Shown one piece after another: positions 44,860 to 54,263 of a stretch of 64,000 nt of DNA. The stretch's first letter is position 1; every line of letters begins with the position of its first letter. A program made the position numbers and the translations under genes. The stretch lies in the NCBI GenBank assembly GCA_938074565.1, contig CALJEQ010000012.1, forward strand, positions 13,247 to 77,246. The letters run 5' to 3'. Source of the DNA: an uncultured Alkaliphilus sp. Its GTDB lineage: Bacteria; Bacillota; Clostridia; Peptostreptococcales; Natronincolaceae. The notes under the pieces were generated by a model, which made no database searches, had not been told where the DNA came from, and saw nothing but the letters and a program-made list of their open reading frames with translations.

Positions 44860-45975
44860 TTATTCACCAAATATTTTAATTAATTCACAAACCATTTTAG
44901 CACTATTGACTAAATCTTTAATAGAAATATGTTCTTCTAGTGTATGGGGTTTTTTCATTCCAATTCCTAAGTTAATTGCTTTAATTCCATTTCCATTAAA
45001 AACATTTGTATCACTACCGCCTCCAGTGGAAGCTGTATAAGCTTGTATTCCCATTCTACCAAAAATTTCCTTTGTTTTTTCTACAATTATATCATCTTCA
45101 GCTATTGTAAAAGCTGGATACATTCTCTCTACATCCATTTCAACTTTACCACCAAAGTCGGCAGCAGCCTTCTCGAAAATTTCCACCATATGGGCAGTTT
45201 GTTTATTCAATTTTTCCTCGTTTGTACTTCTTGCTTCAGCTTTAATAAGTACTTCAGCAGTTACAATATTAGTAGCTTCCCCACCACTAATCACACCAAC
45301 ATTTGCTGTTGTTTCTTTATCTATTCTCAATAAATTCATTCTATCAATGGCTCTTGCTGCAATTTGTATAGCACTAATACCTTCTTCTGGAGCAACCCCC
45401 GCATGGGCAGGTCTACCAATAATTTTAGCATTTACTTTATCTTGAGCTGGTCCTTGAATAATAATTTCTCCTGGAGAACCACCACTGTCTAGTACAAATG
45501 CCATATCGGCTTTAAGTAAACTATAGTCCATGTACTTTGAACCAAATAGTCCACCTTCTTCCCAAATACTAAAGGCAACTTCCACATCTGAATGTTCTAT
45601 ATTATTTTCTTTTATTAATCTAATACCCTCTAATACCGCTGCGATACCACCCTTATCATCTCCACCTAAAATGGTTGTACCATCGCTATAAATTACCTCA
45701 TCTTTAATAACAGGTTTAATACCTAATCCTGGTTTTACCGTATCCATATGACAACTAAATAATATTGTTGGACCATTCTTTGTTCCCTTCATTTTAGCTA
45801 TAATATTACCAGTTTCGCCGCCAGCCTTCTCTCCTGCATTATCAATAGTTATTTCTAAACCCAGTTCTTCTAATTTTTTAACAAGAACCTTTGCTATTTG
45901 CCCTTCTTTTCCTGAAAGACTATCAATTTGAATTAGCTCTAAAAATTCATTAATCACTCTGTCTTGATTAACCAT
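44860..45975 (-). CDS. M20/M25/M40 family metallopeptidase (PepT/tripeptidase-like)
   Basis: The metal-ligand motifs SCHMDTV, GGDDKGGIA and EEGGLFG are present. Length is 371 aa. Confidence 0.85.
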   Translation of the reverse strand: MVNQDRVINEFLELIQIDSLSGKEGQIAKVLVKKLEELGLEITIDNAGEKAGGETGNIIAKMKGTKNGPTILFSCHMDTVKPGLGIKPVIKDEVIYSDGTTILGGDDKGGIAAVLEGIRLIKENNIEHSDVEVAFSIWEEGGLFGSKYMDYSLLKADMAFVLDSGGSPGEIIIQGPAQDKVNAKIIGRPAHAGVAPEEGISAIQIAARAIDRMNLLRIDKETTANVGVISGGEATNIVTAEVLIKAEARSTNEEKLNKQTAHMVEIFEKAAADFGGKVEMDVERMYPAFTIAEDDIIVEKTKEIFGRMGIQAYTASTGGGSDTNVFNGNGIKAINLGIGMKKPHTLEEHISIKDLVNSAKMVCELIKIFGE

Positions 45976-46120
45976 TTGAACGCCTCCTTTTATTTCATAG
46001 GTTTAGGTAAAAACAATATTTTATATTAAAATTTTACTTACTTTATTATAACCATGATACCCATATATTTACCAGTATCCCTTTAATAATACTTTTATTA
46101 AAATATGTATTATGTCTTTA

Positions 46121-46151
46121 AAAAAAGGTACCGACTTCGGTACCTTTTTTT
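46121..46151. terminator. Terminator after abgT (symmetrical hairpin)
   Basis: The hairpin is aaaaaaGGTACCgacttcGGTACCttttttt. Confidence 0.75.
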
Positions 46152-46161
46152 ATGTTAATAA

Positions 46162-47709
46162 CTATAGTCTTACAAATACTCCAGGTCCTATTGGAAGACC
46201 GATTACAAACCAAGCAACAAATAATAAAGTCCATCCAATTAGGAATAATACCGAATATGGTACCATTACTGAAATAAGTGTACCGAGGCCTGTATCTTTA
46301 TCATATTTTTGAGCAAATGCTACAATAACTGCAAAGTATGCCATTAATGGTGAAATAATATTAGTTGTAGAATCACCTATTCTGTAGGCTAATTGAGTAA
46401 ACTCTGGAGAATAACCAATAGCCATTAACATTGGTACAAATATAGGTGCCATAATTGCCCATTTAGCAGATGCACTACCAATAAATAGGTTGATAAAACC
46501 TGATACTAAAATAAATCCAACTAACATTGGAAGTCCTGTCATTCCTGTAGCTTTTAAGAAATCTGCACCCTTAACAGCTAAAATCGTTCCAAGATTACTC
46601 CAACTGAAGTAACTTACAAACTGGGCAGCAACAAAGGCAAGAACAAGGTATCCACCCATTGTAGCCATAGCCTTACCCATAGAATTTGCCACATCTTTAT
46701 CACTTCTAATTGTTCCTGCAGCAATACCATAAGCAACCCCTGGAACAAAGAAAGCAGCAGCAATAATTGGCACTAACCCAGCCATGAAGGCAGAATCTTT
46801 TAAAATTTCTCCTGCATCAGACTTTAAAATACCTGACATAACTAATGCAACAATTACTGCAACATAACCGACAAAAGAAATTAACGCCCACTTTAGACCT
46901 TTTGACTCAGCAGCAGTAATCTTATCAAGATCTACTTTTGCATCACCTTTATATTCACCTAATCTAGGCTCAATAATTTTTTCTGTTACAAATGTACCGA
47001 TAATTGTAATTAAAACTGTAGATACCGCCATAAAGTACCAGTTAGCAGTCATATCTACCACATAACCTGGTTGATACAATTCAGCTGCTTGAGTAGTGAG
47101 TCCACCTAGTAACGAGTCAATTGTACCTACTGCTAAGTTAGCACTAAAACCACCTGAAACCCCAGCAAAGGCAGCAGCAAGACCTGCTAATGGATGACGC
47201 TTAAAACTTAAAAACACTAATGCTCCTAATGGAACTAAAACAACGTAACCAGCATCAGAAGCTACATTAGACATAATACCTGCAAAAACAACTACTGCTG
47301 TAATTAATCTTTTTGGTGTACTTAAAACTAATTTTCTAAGGGCCGATCCTATTAAACCTGTACCTTCAGCAACACCTACCCCTAACATTGCCACTAGAAC
47401 TGTTCCTAATGGGGCAAAGCCTGTAAAGTTTTTTACAGCCTCTGAAAAGATTCTTCTAATACCCTCAACAGTTAATAAACTCACTGCTGCAACTGTAACC
47501 ATTTCCGTTTCACCAGTTGCCATATTAATTCTTGAAAATTCCACCGTTAATCCTGCTTTAGCCGCTATTGCAGAAATAAGTATAACTGCTAAACTAAATA
47601 ATGCAAATAACGTAACTGGATGAGGCAATTTGTTACCAACTACTTCAATGATGTCAAGGCACTTGCTGAAAATACCACTTTTCTTGTTTGGAGAAACTTT
47701 AACACTCAT
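46162..47709 (-). CDS. abgT: AbgT-family transporter (aminobenzoyl-glutamate / peptide-like substrate)
   Basis: The N-terminal signature is LDIIEVVGNKLPHPVTLFALF, followed by about 12 TM helices. The start is set at the ATG at 47709 (GGGAGAG upstream). Confidence 0.9.
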   Translation of the reverse strand: MSVKVSPNKKSGIFSKCLDIIEVVGNKLPHPVTLFALFSLAVILISAIAAKAGLTVEFSRINMATGETEMVTVAAVSLLTVEGIRRIFSEAVKNFTGFAPLGTVLVAMLGVGVAEGTGLIGSALRKLVLSTPKRLITAVVVFAGIMSNVASDAGYVVLVPLGALVFLSFKRHPLAGLAAAFAGVSGGFSANLAVGTIDSLLGGLTTQAAELYQPGYVVDMTANWYFMAVSTVLITIIGTFVTEKIIEPRLGEYKGDAKVDLDKITAAESKGLKWALISFVGYVAVIVALVMSGILKSDAGEILKDSAFMAGLVPIIAAAFFVPGVAYGIAAGTIRSDKDVANSMGKAMATMGGYLVLAFVAAQFVSYFSWSNLGTILAVKGADFLKATGMTGLPMLVGFILVSGFINLFIGSASAKWAIMAPIFVPMLMAIGYSPEFTQLAYRIGDSTTNIISPLMAYFAVIVAFAQKYDKDTGLGTLISVMVPYSVLFLIGWTLLFVAWFVIGLPIGPGVFVRL

Positions 47710-48134
47710 TTTTTCACTCTCCCTATAATTTTTTTGAAACAATAAAATTTAGTAATAAAATTATTAGTCTGCAACAAGTATATTATTAATCGGTATAAAA
47801 ATCAATTCTATGGAGACAAATTTATTATTAAAAATCTGTAATAAACAACATCTTTTATGTAATAATACTTACACTATGTAATTTTCAGAATTTTTTAAAA
47901 TTTTTTAGACTTTATTTGTATTACTAGATTACTCGTAATAAATAGTCCTAATATATGTTGTTACGTTTAGTTATGCTGACTTGCTTTGTTATTTTTATGC
48001 ACTTTATTTTTAAATATATATATTGTATAATAATAAGTTATGCCTACTTAATTTCCAATAGTTTCTTAACTCTATTACATAAAATAATCTTTTCTATACA
48101 TACTACAATAAGATAGTTATTAAGGAGGCCATTT

Positions 48135-48593
48135 ATGTATGTTATCTATTATGGTAAAGGAAACACTTTAGTCACCTCCCTGACTGCCGCCCTTCATCTT
48201 AAAAATTATTCTTTAGACCAAACTTCCATTTCTCACCATACCCAACATTTTTATGACTTTTACCAGAATGAACGGGGGGCTATGGGAAGACTCATCTATA
48301 TTGGATCTGATGAAGATAACAATCAAATATATATTTTAAATACATCCTCGGCTGAAAATCTCATCTTACCAGCTTTGTCTTCTGTGTTTGATATTCTTCA
48401 AGTTCAACAAGATGTACTATATTTAGCTGACACCACCGAGATAAAAAGTTTAAGTATTACTATAGGTATATTACTGTACAGATGGAATATTCTGAAAAGT
48501 TTTGCTTCTTTATTAATTTTTAGGGGAATTAAAAAGAAATATACTCAATTAGATAGACTCATTTCAAAAGTTAAAATCTTTACAAAAAAGTAA
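48135..48593 (+). CDS. Hypothetical protein (possibly DUF3189-like)
   Basis: AAGGAGG lies upstream. The N-terminus MYVIYYGKGNTLVTSLTAALHLKN resembles the DUF3189 start as I remember it. This call rests on weak recall only. Confidence 0.4.
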   Translation: MYVIYYGKGNTLVTSLTAALHLKNYSLDQTSISHHTQHFYDFYQNERGAMGRLIYIGSDEDNNQIYILNTSSAENLILPALSSVFDILQVQQDVLYLADTTEIKSLSITIGILLYRWNILKSFASLLIFRGIKKKYTQLDRLISKVKIFTKK

Positions 48594-48625
48594 AAGAACT
48601 AGATAATTATAAATTCTAGTTCTTT
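48592..48625. terminator. Bidirectional terminator between convergent genes
   Basis: The hairpin is aaaagaactaga-taattataaat-tctagttctttt. Confidence 0.65.
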
Positions 48626-48639
48626 TACTTAAAGTTTCT

Positions 48640-49107
48640 TTAAAAAAACCCTGGAACCCCAGGTGTACCTATATAGCCATAGCCTGGAAAAGCTCCTCCA
48701 TAAGGATAACCTGTATAATATCTTCTTCGTCGTCCCAATAATTCTCTAATAAATAAAATTGAAATTAAATCCCTCAAATAACCTCTTTGTTGTGTAGTAG
48801 CATCTCTAGCTTCTATTTCATAAACTTGTTGAATCATTTCATCCATCAATGTAGGGTCCACATAGGGATACATTCGAGGATTTGACATAACATCCATATG
48901 TTGACATACCTCTTGTACTCTTGGGTATATCCTTCTATGAATATCAGGATACATCTCCATTAATCTTCTTCTATCTTCATACATATCCATGTGCATACCA
49001 GGCATTCCATACATTCCTGGTGTACCTGCATATGGATATTGACATGGGCTATGATGGGGATGATGACATGGGTTATGATGTGGGTTATGATGTGGGTTAT
49101 GATACAT
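48640..49107 (-). CDS. His/Pro-rich N-terminus, Tyr/Gly/Pro-rich C-terminus protein. Candidate spore coat or metal-binding protein.
   Basis: AAAGGAGG lies upstream. The N-terminus is MYHNPHHNPHHNPCHHPHHSPC and the C-terminus is RRRRYYTGYPYGGAFPGYGYIGTPGVPGFF. It sits next to ytrH/ytrI. Confidence 0.55.
   Translation of the reverse strand: MYHNPHHNPHHNPCHHPHHSPCQYPYAGTPGMYGMPGMHMDMYEDRRRLMEMYPDIHRRIYPRVQEVCQHMDVMSNPRMYPYVDPTLMDEMIQQVYEIEARDATTQQRGYLRDLISILFIRELLGRRRRYYTGYPYGGAFPGYGYIGTPGVPGFF
49069..49104 (-). repeat. 12-bp tandem coding repeat (3 copies) encoding the HNPH units
   Basis: On the plus strand, gggttatgatgt occurs three times. Confidence 0.7.
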
Positions 49108-49237
49108 TTTATTACCTCCTTTCTTTTTCTAATACAGTTTATGTTAAAGATTAATTAACGCAACCAATTTTATACTTTTTATTAACTTTTTTTCATATAC
49201 ATTAGGTACTGTAATTATTATTTCTTGGAGGGATTAA

Positions 49238-49567
49238 ATGCTTATTTTTCTTCAGAATATTTTATATAATTTATTTATTTCTATGGGCGTTATATTGGGG
49301 GGTTGTTTTTTCGGTGGAATTGCTGCCACTTTTAATGGCCACCCACCTTTAAAAACAATGCTTGACCTATGTGAAAAAATAAAAATTTGGGCTATTATCG
49401 TGGCATTAGGTGGGACTTTTCCTTCTTTTAAAATGTTAGAGGTGGGTATTTTTAATGGTGATATTAGGGGTCTCTTTAAACAAGTAATCTATATTTTAAG
49501 TGCTCTTACAGGGGCTCAACTAGGGTATCGCTTAATCTATTATCTGGAAGGTTTGAGTAAACTATGA
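49238..49567 (+). CDS. ytrH: Sporulation membrane protein YtrH
   Basis: The pattern GVILGGCFFGGIAATFNGHPPL...IKIWAIIVALGGTF...GIFNGDIRGLFKQVIYILSALTGAQLG matches my recollection of the B. subtilis YtrH family. GGAGGG serves as the RBS. Confidence 0.65.
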   Translation: MLIFLQNILYNLFISMGVILGGCFFGGIAATFNGHPPLKTMLDLCEKIKIWAIIVALGGTFPSFKMLEVGIFNGDIRGLFKQVIYILSALTGAQLGYRLIYYLEGLSKL

Positions 49568-50013
49568 ACAAAAAATTGTTTTATTATTTTACCTTATTCT
49601 TTCTTGGTTTTCTCTTTGGCCTTGTCTGTATGAATCTATACCAAATGCATGCCCTCGACAGACTTTACCGAATCCAAAACCAATTAACAAATCAGCTTAT
49701 GGATAAGGAAATTAAGTTGGAACGTTTAAATGAAAGCGTAAAAAAACAAAATACTGTTGTGATAAAAGACTTACATATTACACTTAAGTTTGATGGCAAT
49801 ATTTTAATTAAAGATGAAATTGAAAAAAATATACAATTTTATTTATCCGATCTTGTAGGAAGGGAATTAACTAACATTGATGGAGAAATGATTTACAAAG
49901 TACTTCAAAAACGAATTATAGAAGTTGATAATAAACAGTTCCAATTAACTGTAGAGTATATTATCATCAGTGAAAAAATTTCTATCGTTGTTAAAGCAAT
50001 TTTATTGAAATAA
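49564..50013 (+). CDS. ytrI: Probable sporulation membrane protein YtrI
   Basis: The 4-nt ATGA overlap with ytrH suggests translational coupling. It has an N-terminal TM and a coiled coil, and its size and position match ytrI. Confidence 0.45.
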   Translation: MNKKLFYYFTLFFLGFLFGLVCMNLYQMHALDRLYRIQNQLTNQLMDKEIKLERLNESVKKQNTVVIKDLHITLKFDGNILIKDEIEKNIQFYLSDLVGRELTNIDGEMIYKVLQKRIIEVDNKQFQLTVEYIIISEKISIVVKAILLK

Positions 50014-50098
50014 TTCATATAAAGCCCTGTACTAAAGGTCATTTTATATCAATATATATAATATAAATCTATTTCAATTAATAATAAGGGGTGAAGAT

Positions 50099-50542
50099 AT
50101 GCGTATTTTAGTGTTAAAGAAAAGAGATCTGTATATAGGGGTTGGGCTACTCTTGATTGTAATTATTGGTTTATTATTTTTTTGGCAATATTCTAAAGAT
50201 CGTACTGTAAGTAGTATACAACTAAAGTATAACTACCAACGACTTTTACCAGAAGAAGCCCATGTTTTTATTCAAAATAACCCGAACATTGTTATTTTAG
50301 ATGTTCGATCTAAAAAAGAATATGATTTAGGTCATTTAAGTAATGCTAATTTTATTCCTCTTAAAAATTTAAAAGGTAATTTAGAAGAATTAGATCAACA
50401 GAATACTTATTTAGTTTACTGTGAAAACGGTAAAGACAGTCTAAAAGCATCAAAACTAATGGCAGAATCAGGTTTTCCTCGGGTTTTCACCTTAATTGGT
50501 GGTTATAAGAAGTGGCCTTATGAAATCAGAAAGATTCATTAG
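50099..50542 (+). CDS. Membrane-anchored rhodanese-domain sulfurtransferase
   Basis: It has a TM helix followed by a rhodanese domain VILDVRSKKEYDLGHLSNANFIPL...YLVYCENGKDSLKA, where CENGKD is the active-site Cys loop. Confidence 0.8.
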   Translation: MRILVLKKRDLYIGVGLLLIVIIGLLFFWQYSKDRTVSSIQLKYNYQRLLPEEAHVFIQNNPNIVILDVRSKKEYDLGHLSNANFIPLKNLKGNLEELDQQNTYLVYCENGKDSLKASKLMAESGFPRVFTLIGGYKKWPYEIRKIH

Positions 50543-51612
50543 CTTATATATATTAAAAATACTGTAATTAAATAAAACATTAAAATAAAAAGCGAATCCC
50601 AACCTATAGAAAGAATAGTTCGTTTTGATCGATAAAAGAGTCCAATAACTGCTATAGTGCTTAGTACAATTCCTGCCATAGCAGTTATTGTATGATTCAT
50701 ATCTATCACACTAAAAATTGAACCTTTATAATATACCATATCTGTAACTGTAATTATTAACATGTTAAAGATATTGCTACCCAGTACACTTCCTACTGCC
50801 ATATCATAAGCTCCAATTTTTATGGCTGTTACAGACGCTACTAGTTCTGGTAGTGACGTTGTAGCAGCAATCATTAATGTACCCACAAAAGTATGCCCTA
50901 AGCCAGTTTGTAAAGCTATTATGTCACCTGTATATGATAAATTTATTCCTGCCCATATAATAACTACTGATGCTAAACTAAAACCTATAATTGCACTTTT
51001 TAAATTCCCCTTTTTGTTTTCTTCTTCTTTATTTTTTTTTGCTTTTTTAGGTAATTCTTTTTCCCCTCCTTTTAATTCCCTTTCACTTCCTTTGTATTCT
51101 TGTTGCATCTTATTCTCATATCGTACTACTAAAATAGACCCTAATATATAAATAGCAAAAATAAGTAAACTATTGATACTAACCCAACCAAATACCAAAT
51201 CAAACCCTATCACTTGAACAATTAATATTGCCATTGCACCTAAAGCTGATAATATAATACCAAACATACCTGCTAAAATATGATTAACTTTAACTTTTAT
51301 TAGAAATCTACCATGGGGATAAAGAATATCAACTAATGCTAAAATCATTAAATTAAAAGTATTACTTCCATAAACATTTCCTATAGCTATATTAGGAGCA
51401 TCAATAAGTGCCGAAGAAATACTTGTAACAAATTCTGGTAAAGAAGTTGCAGCAGCTATTAAAATACCCCCTACAATAGAATGACCTAGTGTTGTATTTT
51501 CCGCAATAATATCACCATACTTTGACAGTTTTGTGCCAGCCATAATAACTAAAAAACCACTAAATAAAAATAATAAATAAGTATTTAACAATGTACAATC
51601 CCTCACTTTCAT
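50539..51612 (-). CDS. Ca2+/Na+ antiporter (CaCA / YrbG family)
   Basis: The two alpha-repeats are GNVYGSNTFNL and GSVLGSNIFNM. It has about 10 TM helices and a charged central loop. Confidence 0.85.
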   Translation of the reverse strand: MKVRDCTLLNTYLLFLFSGFLVIMAGTKLSKYGDIIAENTTLGHSIVGGILIAAATSLPEFVTSISSALIDAPNIAIGNVYGSNTFNLMILALVDILYPHGRFLIKVKVNHILAGMFGIILSALGAMAILIVQVIGFDLVFGWVSINSLLIFAIYILGSILVVRYENKMQQEYKGSERELKGGEKELPKKAKKNKEEENKKGNLKSAIIGFSLASVVIIWAGINLSYTGDIIALQTGLGHTFVGTLMIAATTSLPELVASVTAIKIGAYDMAVGSVLGSNIFNMLIITVTDMVYYKGSIFSVIDMNHTITAMAGIVLSTIAVIGLFYRSKRTILSIGWDSLFILMFYLITVFLIYIS

Positions 51613-51733
51613 TTTCTACAGTAGTTTCTCCAATAATAAACTATTTAGTAATTAAAAAAAGATTTACATAAAAAGTCCCCTTGTATAGAACGTCTCTAAG
51701 GACATTTTAATATATAAGGAGACTTTTATTAAT

Positions 51734-53236
51734 TTATATATCTAAGTCTAATGGTTTAGAAGCTTTAAAGGGCTTTTGTATGCCTCCAGTTGCCGGGTCA
51801 ATGTGAAGTAACCAATATCCTTGTGTACTTTCGTCTACTAATACTTTTTGGCAAGGCTTCCAATATTCAAAACCAGTTGTTCCACCATAGGGTTGTTCTG
51901 CTTTTGTTTTTTTGCCAGGTATTCCATAAACATAGTATTGAACTTCTTGTTTGTCATCATAAGCTATACCAAAAATATAATGTTGGTACTTATAAATTTG
52001 TCGCTGATAATCTGAAGGATATTGATAAGGATAATATTGTGTTGGATATTTATTCCCATCAATATATGCTATAAAAGGCATATGTGATTGATATATTGTT
52101 TGATAATTATAGTAGATATGCCACCAGTGGTAGTGTTCCATATTCCCATCGTCATCAAACGGTGTAACCTTAGGGAAAATTTTAACTGTACTTTCTATAT
52201 ATGTCTGCAAAGACTTAATTACATAATTGTCAGTAAAATTTTGTTCTTTACCGTTTTTAGAATTAGTTTTTGTATCATCTTTTACTTCTTGTTTTATTTT
52301 TACTTCTTCATTTATTTCTTGTTTTGTTTCTTGTTTTATTTCTTGTTTTGTTTCTTGTTTTAGTTCTTGTTTTTCATTTGTATTATTAATATTAACATTT
52401 GTTTTTATTTCTTTATTAACATTGTTAGGTATACTATTTTTATTATTTTCTAAAGAAGTACTGTTATTTATTTTTAAGTTTAGTGAGTCACTATGTTTTA
52501 TCGGATCCAACTTGATTGTAACATTTTGGTCTTCTTTAGGCTTTAACTTTTCTGATTCTTCTTTTATTTTAGATTCTTCTCTAATTTTTAATTCTTCTTT
52601 AACTTTTATTTCTTCTTTAACTTTTATTTCTTCTTTACCTTTTATTTCTTCTTTTGGCTTTAAGAAATTTTGTTTTTCTTCATTTTTTTTAGGTAATGTT
52701 GAAGACTTCGTTTTTGTGTTAAGTTCTTCAAAACTGTTGTTATTATTTGGCTTTAAGCTGGCTACTTTATTTTCCTGTTTTCTAGTGCTCCCATATAACT
52801 TGCGTTCTACTAGATTCCGCCAATTAACTTTTTCTTTGTCTATGTAACCAACTAAAGGTGCCACCACTGTTTTTTTATCATCCATTGATTCCACTAACAG
52901 GGTCAAAAGATTAAAATCTTCTATTGTTTCTTTTGAAGCTTTAACATTTTCACCGTTAAACTCCCAAACCATTTCACCCTTACCATTTTCGTCCACCACC
53001 ATTGGTCCAATATCCACAATGGTAGGTTCTTCTCTACTGGTATTAACCAAATACCAACGGTATCTCATTCTCTTGTCTTCTAAATTTTTAAGGTTTTGAC
53101 AGTGTAAAATCAGGCTTCCCTTTTCATTACTGATTTCCACTTTTGCATGACCTTTTGGTGTTTGACTACCAGAAACTTCAAAGCCTACATCTTCATTCTC
53201 TAATATTATAAAATATCTTCTATAACGTCTTTTCAT
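51734..53236 (-). CDS. Hypothetical 500-aa protein: globular N-domain, K/E-rich repeat linker and Tyr/His/Trp-rich C-domain
   Basis: AAGGGGGGA lies upstream of the ATG. The central repeats are KGKEEIKVKEEIKVKEELKIREESKIKEE and KQETKQEIKQETKQEI. The C-terminus contains HYHWWHIYYNYQTIYQSHMPF...YYPYQYPSDYQRQIYKYQHYIFGIAYDD...GYWLLHIDPATGG. I did not recognise a family. Confidence 0.6.
   Translation of the reverse strand: MKRRYRRYFIILENEDVGFEVSGSQTPKGHAKVEISNEKGSLILHCQNLKNLEDKRMRYRWYLVNTSREEPTIVDIGPMVVDENGKGEMVWEFNGENVKASKETIEDFNLLTLLVESMDDKKTVVAPLVGYIDKEKVNWRNLVERKLYGSTRKQENKVASLKPNNNNSFEELNTKTKSSTLPKKNEEKQNFLKPKEEIKGKEEIKVKEEIKVKEELKIREESKIKEESEKLKPKEDQNVTIKLDPIKHSDSLNLKINNSTSLENNKNSIPNNVNKEIKTNVNINNTNEKQELKQETKQEIKQETKQEINEEVKIKQEVKDDTKTNSKNGKEQNFTDNYVIKSLQTYIESTVKIFPKVTPFDDDGNMEHYHWWHIYYNYQTIYQSHMPFIAYIDGNKYPTQYYPYQYPSDYQRQIYKYQHYIFGIAYDDKQEVQYYVYGIPGKKTKAEQPYGGTTGFEYWKPCQKVLVDESTQGYWLLHIDPATGGIQKPFKASKPLDLDI
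52311..52372 (-). repeat. 12-bp tandem coding repeat (KQE[T/I] units)
   Basis: On the plus strand, tttcttgttttg/a repeats about 5 times. Confidence 0.7.
52560..52660 (-). repeat. 18-bp tandem coding repeat (KEEIKV units)
   Basis: On the plus strand, cttttatttcttctttaa occurs three times in near-perfect copies (52603-52656), with degenerate copies upstream. Confidence 0.7.
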
Positions 53237-53396
53237 GTTTTCCCCCCTTAATAATGATTTGCTTCCTAAAAAAATATTTCTGTATCATTATATGTGAAGG
53301 ATGTTAAATTGTTTACAGATTGTTTTTGTTCGATTATTATTGATATACTTTTTAGAGTTTGCATTAGTTTTCTTCTATTTAATTACTTGAGGGACT

Positions 53397-54263
53397 TTAT
53401 AACAACCTTTTATTTACCTCATTGGCTATATTGGCAAATTCCTGTAGAGATAAAGTTTCGCCTCTTCTTTTTTCGTCAATTTCACATTTTTGTAAAACTT
53501 CCCTTACCATATCCTTATTTAATTGAAGGTTTCCGCTACTTAATGCGTTTAGAAGGGTTTTTCTTCTTTTTCCAAAGGCATCTTTTACAACTGAAAAGAA
53601 AAGACTTTCCTTTTCAACCTTTACACTTGGCTCTTTTAATACATTTAATTTAATAACGCTGGATTCAACCTTTGGTTGAGGTATAAACACAGTGGGTGGA
53701 ACAACCGTAATAATTTCTGTGGTACAGTAATATTGTACAGCTACAGACAAAGCCCCGTAGTCTTTTTTACCTGGCTTTGCATTCATTCTGTCGGCTACTT
53801 CTTTTTGAATCATAATAATAATTGATTCAACAGGAACTTTATCTTCTAAAAATTTCATAATAATTGGTGTAGTTATGTAGTAGGGTAAGTTTCCAATAAC
53901 TTTAATATCTCCACCATCAAATTCATCCATTACCATTTGATTTAGATTTAATTTTAATACATCTTCATTTATTACTTTAATATTTTCGTAATCCTTTAGA
54001 GTATCTTGTAAAATAGGTATTAATTTTTTATCAATTTCCACAGCAACTACCTTTTTACCTGCCTCTAATAAACCCTGTGTTAAACTTCCAATTCCTGGAC
54101 CTACCTCTATCACATTGGTGTCCTTTGTAATTCCCGCACCTCTTATAATTTTTTCAATAATATTATAATCAGTTAAGAAATTTTGACCCAAACTTTTTGA
54201 AAAATGAAAGTCATACTTTGAAACCATTTCTTTTGTATTTTTAGGTGTAGCAATTTTATCCAT
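53397..54263 (-). CDS. rsmA: 16S rRNA (adenine1518/1519-N6)-dimethyltransferase
   Basis: The motifs FSKSLGQNFL, VIEVGPGIGSLT and GNLPYYITTPI are present. Length is 288 aa. Confidence 0.95.
   Translation of the reverse strand: MDKIATPKNTKEMVSKYDFHFSKSLGQNFLTDYNIIEKIIRGAGITKDTNVIEVGPGIGSLTQGLLEAGKKVVAVEIDKKLIPILQDTLKDYENIKVINEDVLKLNLNQMVMDEFDGGDIKVIGNLPYYITTPIIMKFLEDKVPVESIIIMIQKEVADRMNAKPGKKDYGALSVAVQYYCTTEIITVVPPTVFIPQPKVESSVIKLNVLKEPSVKVEKESLFFSVVKDAFGKRRKTLLNALSSGNLQLNKDMVREVLQKCEIDEKRRGETLSLQEFANIANEVNKRLL

Noticed and set aside
52088-52847. Plus-strand ORFs of 91 and 206 aa (Phe/Ser/Cys/Leu-rich)
   Set aside because: They are the antisense reading of the K/E-rich tandem repeats in the 500-aa gene. 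They are low-complexity and have no translation signals.
53294-53653. A 119-aa plus-strand ORF overlapping the rsmA 3' end
   Set aside because: It overlaps the well-supported rsmA gene on the opposite strand. It has no RBS and an improbable composition.
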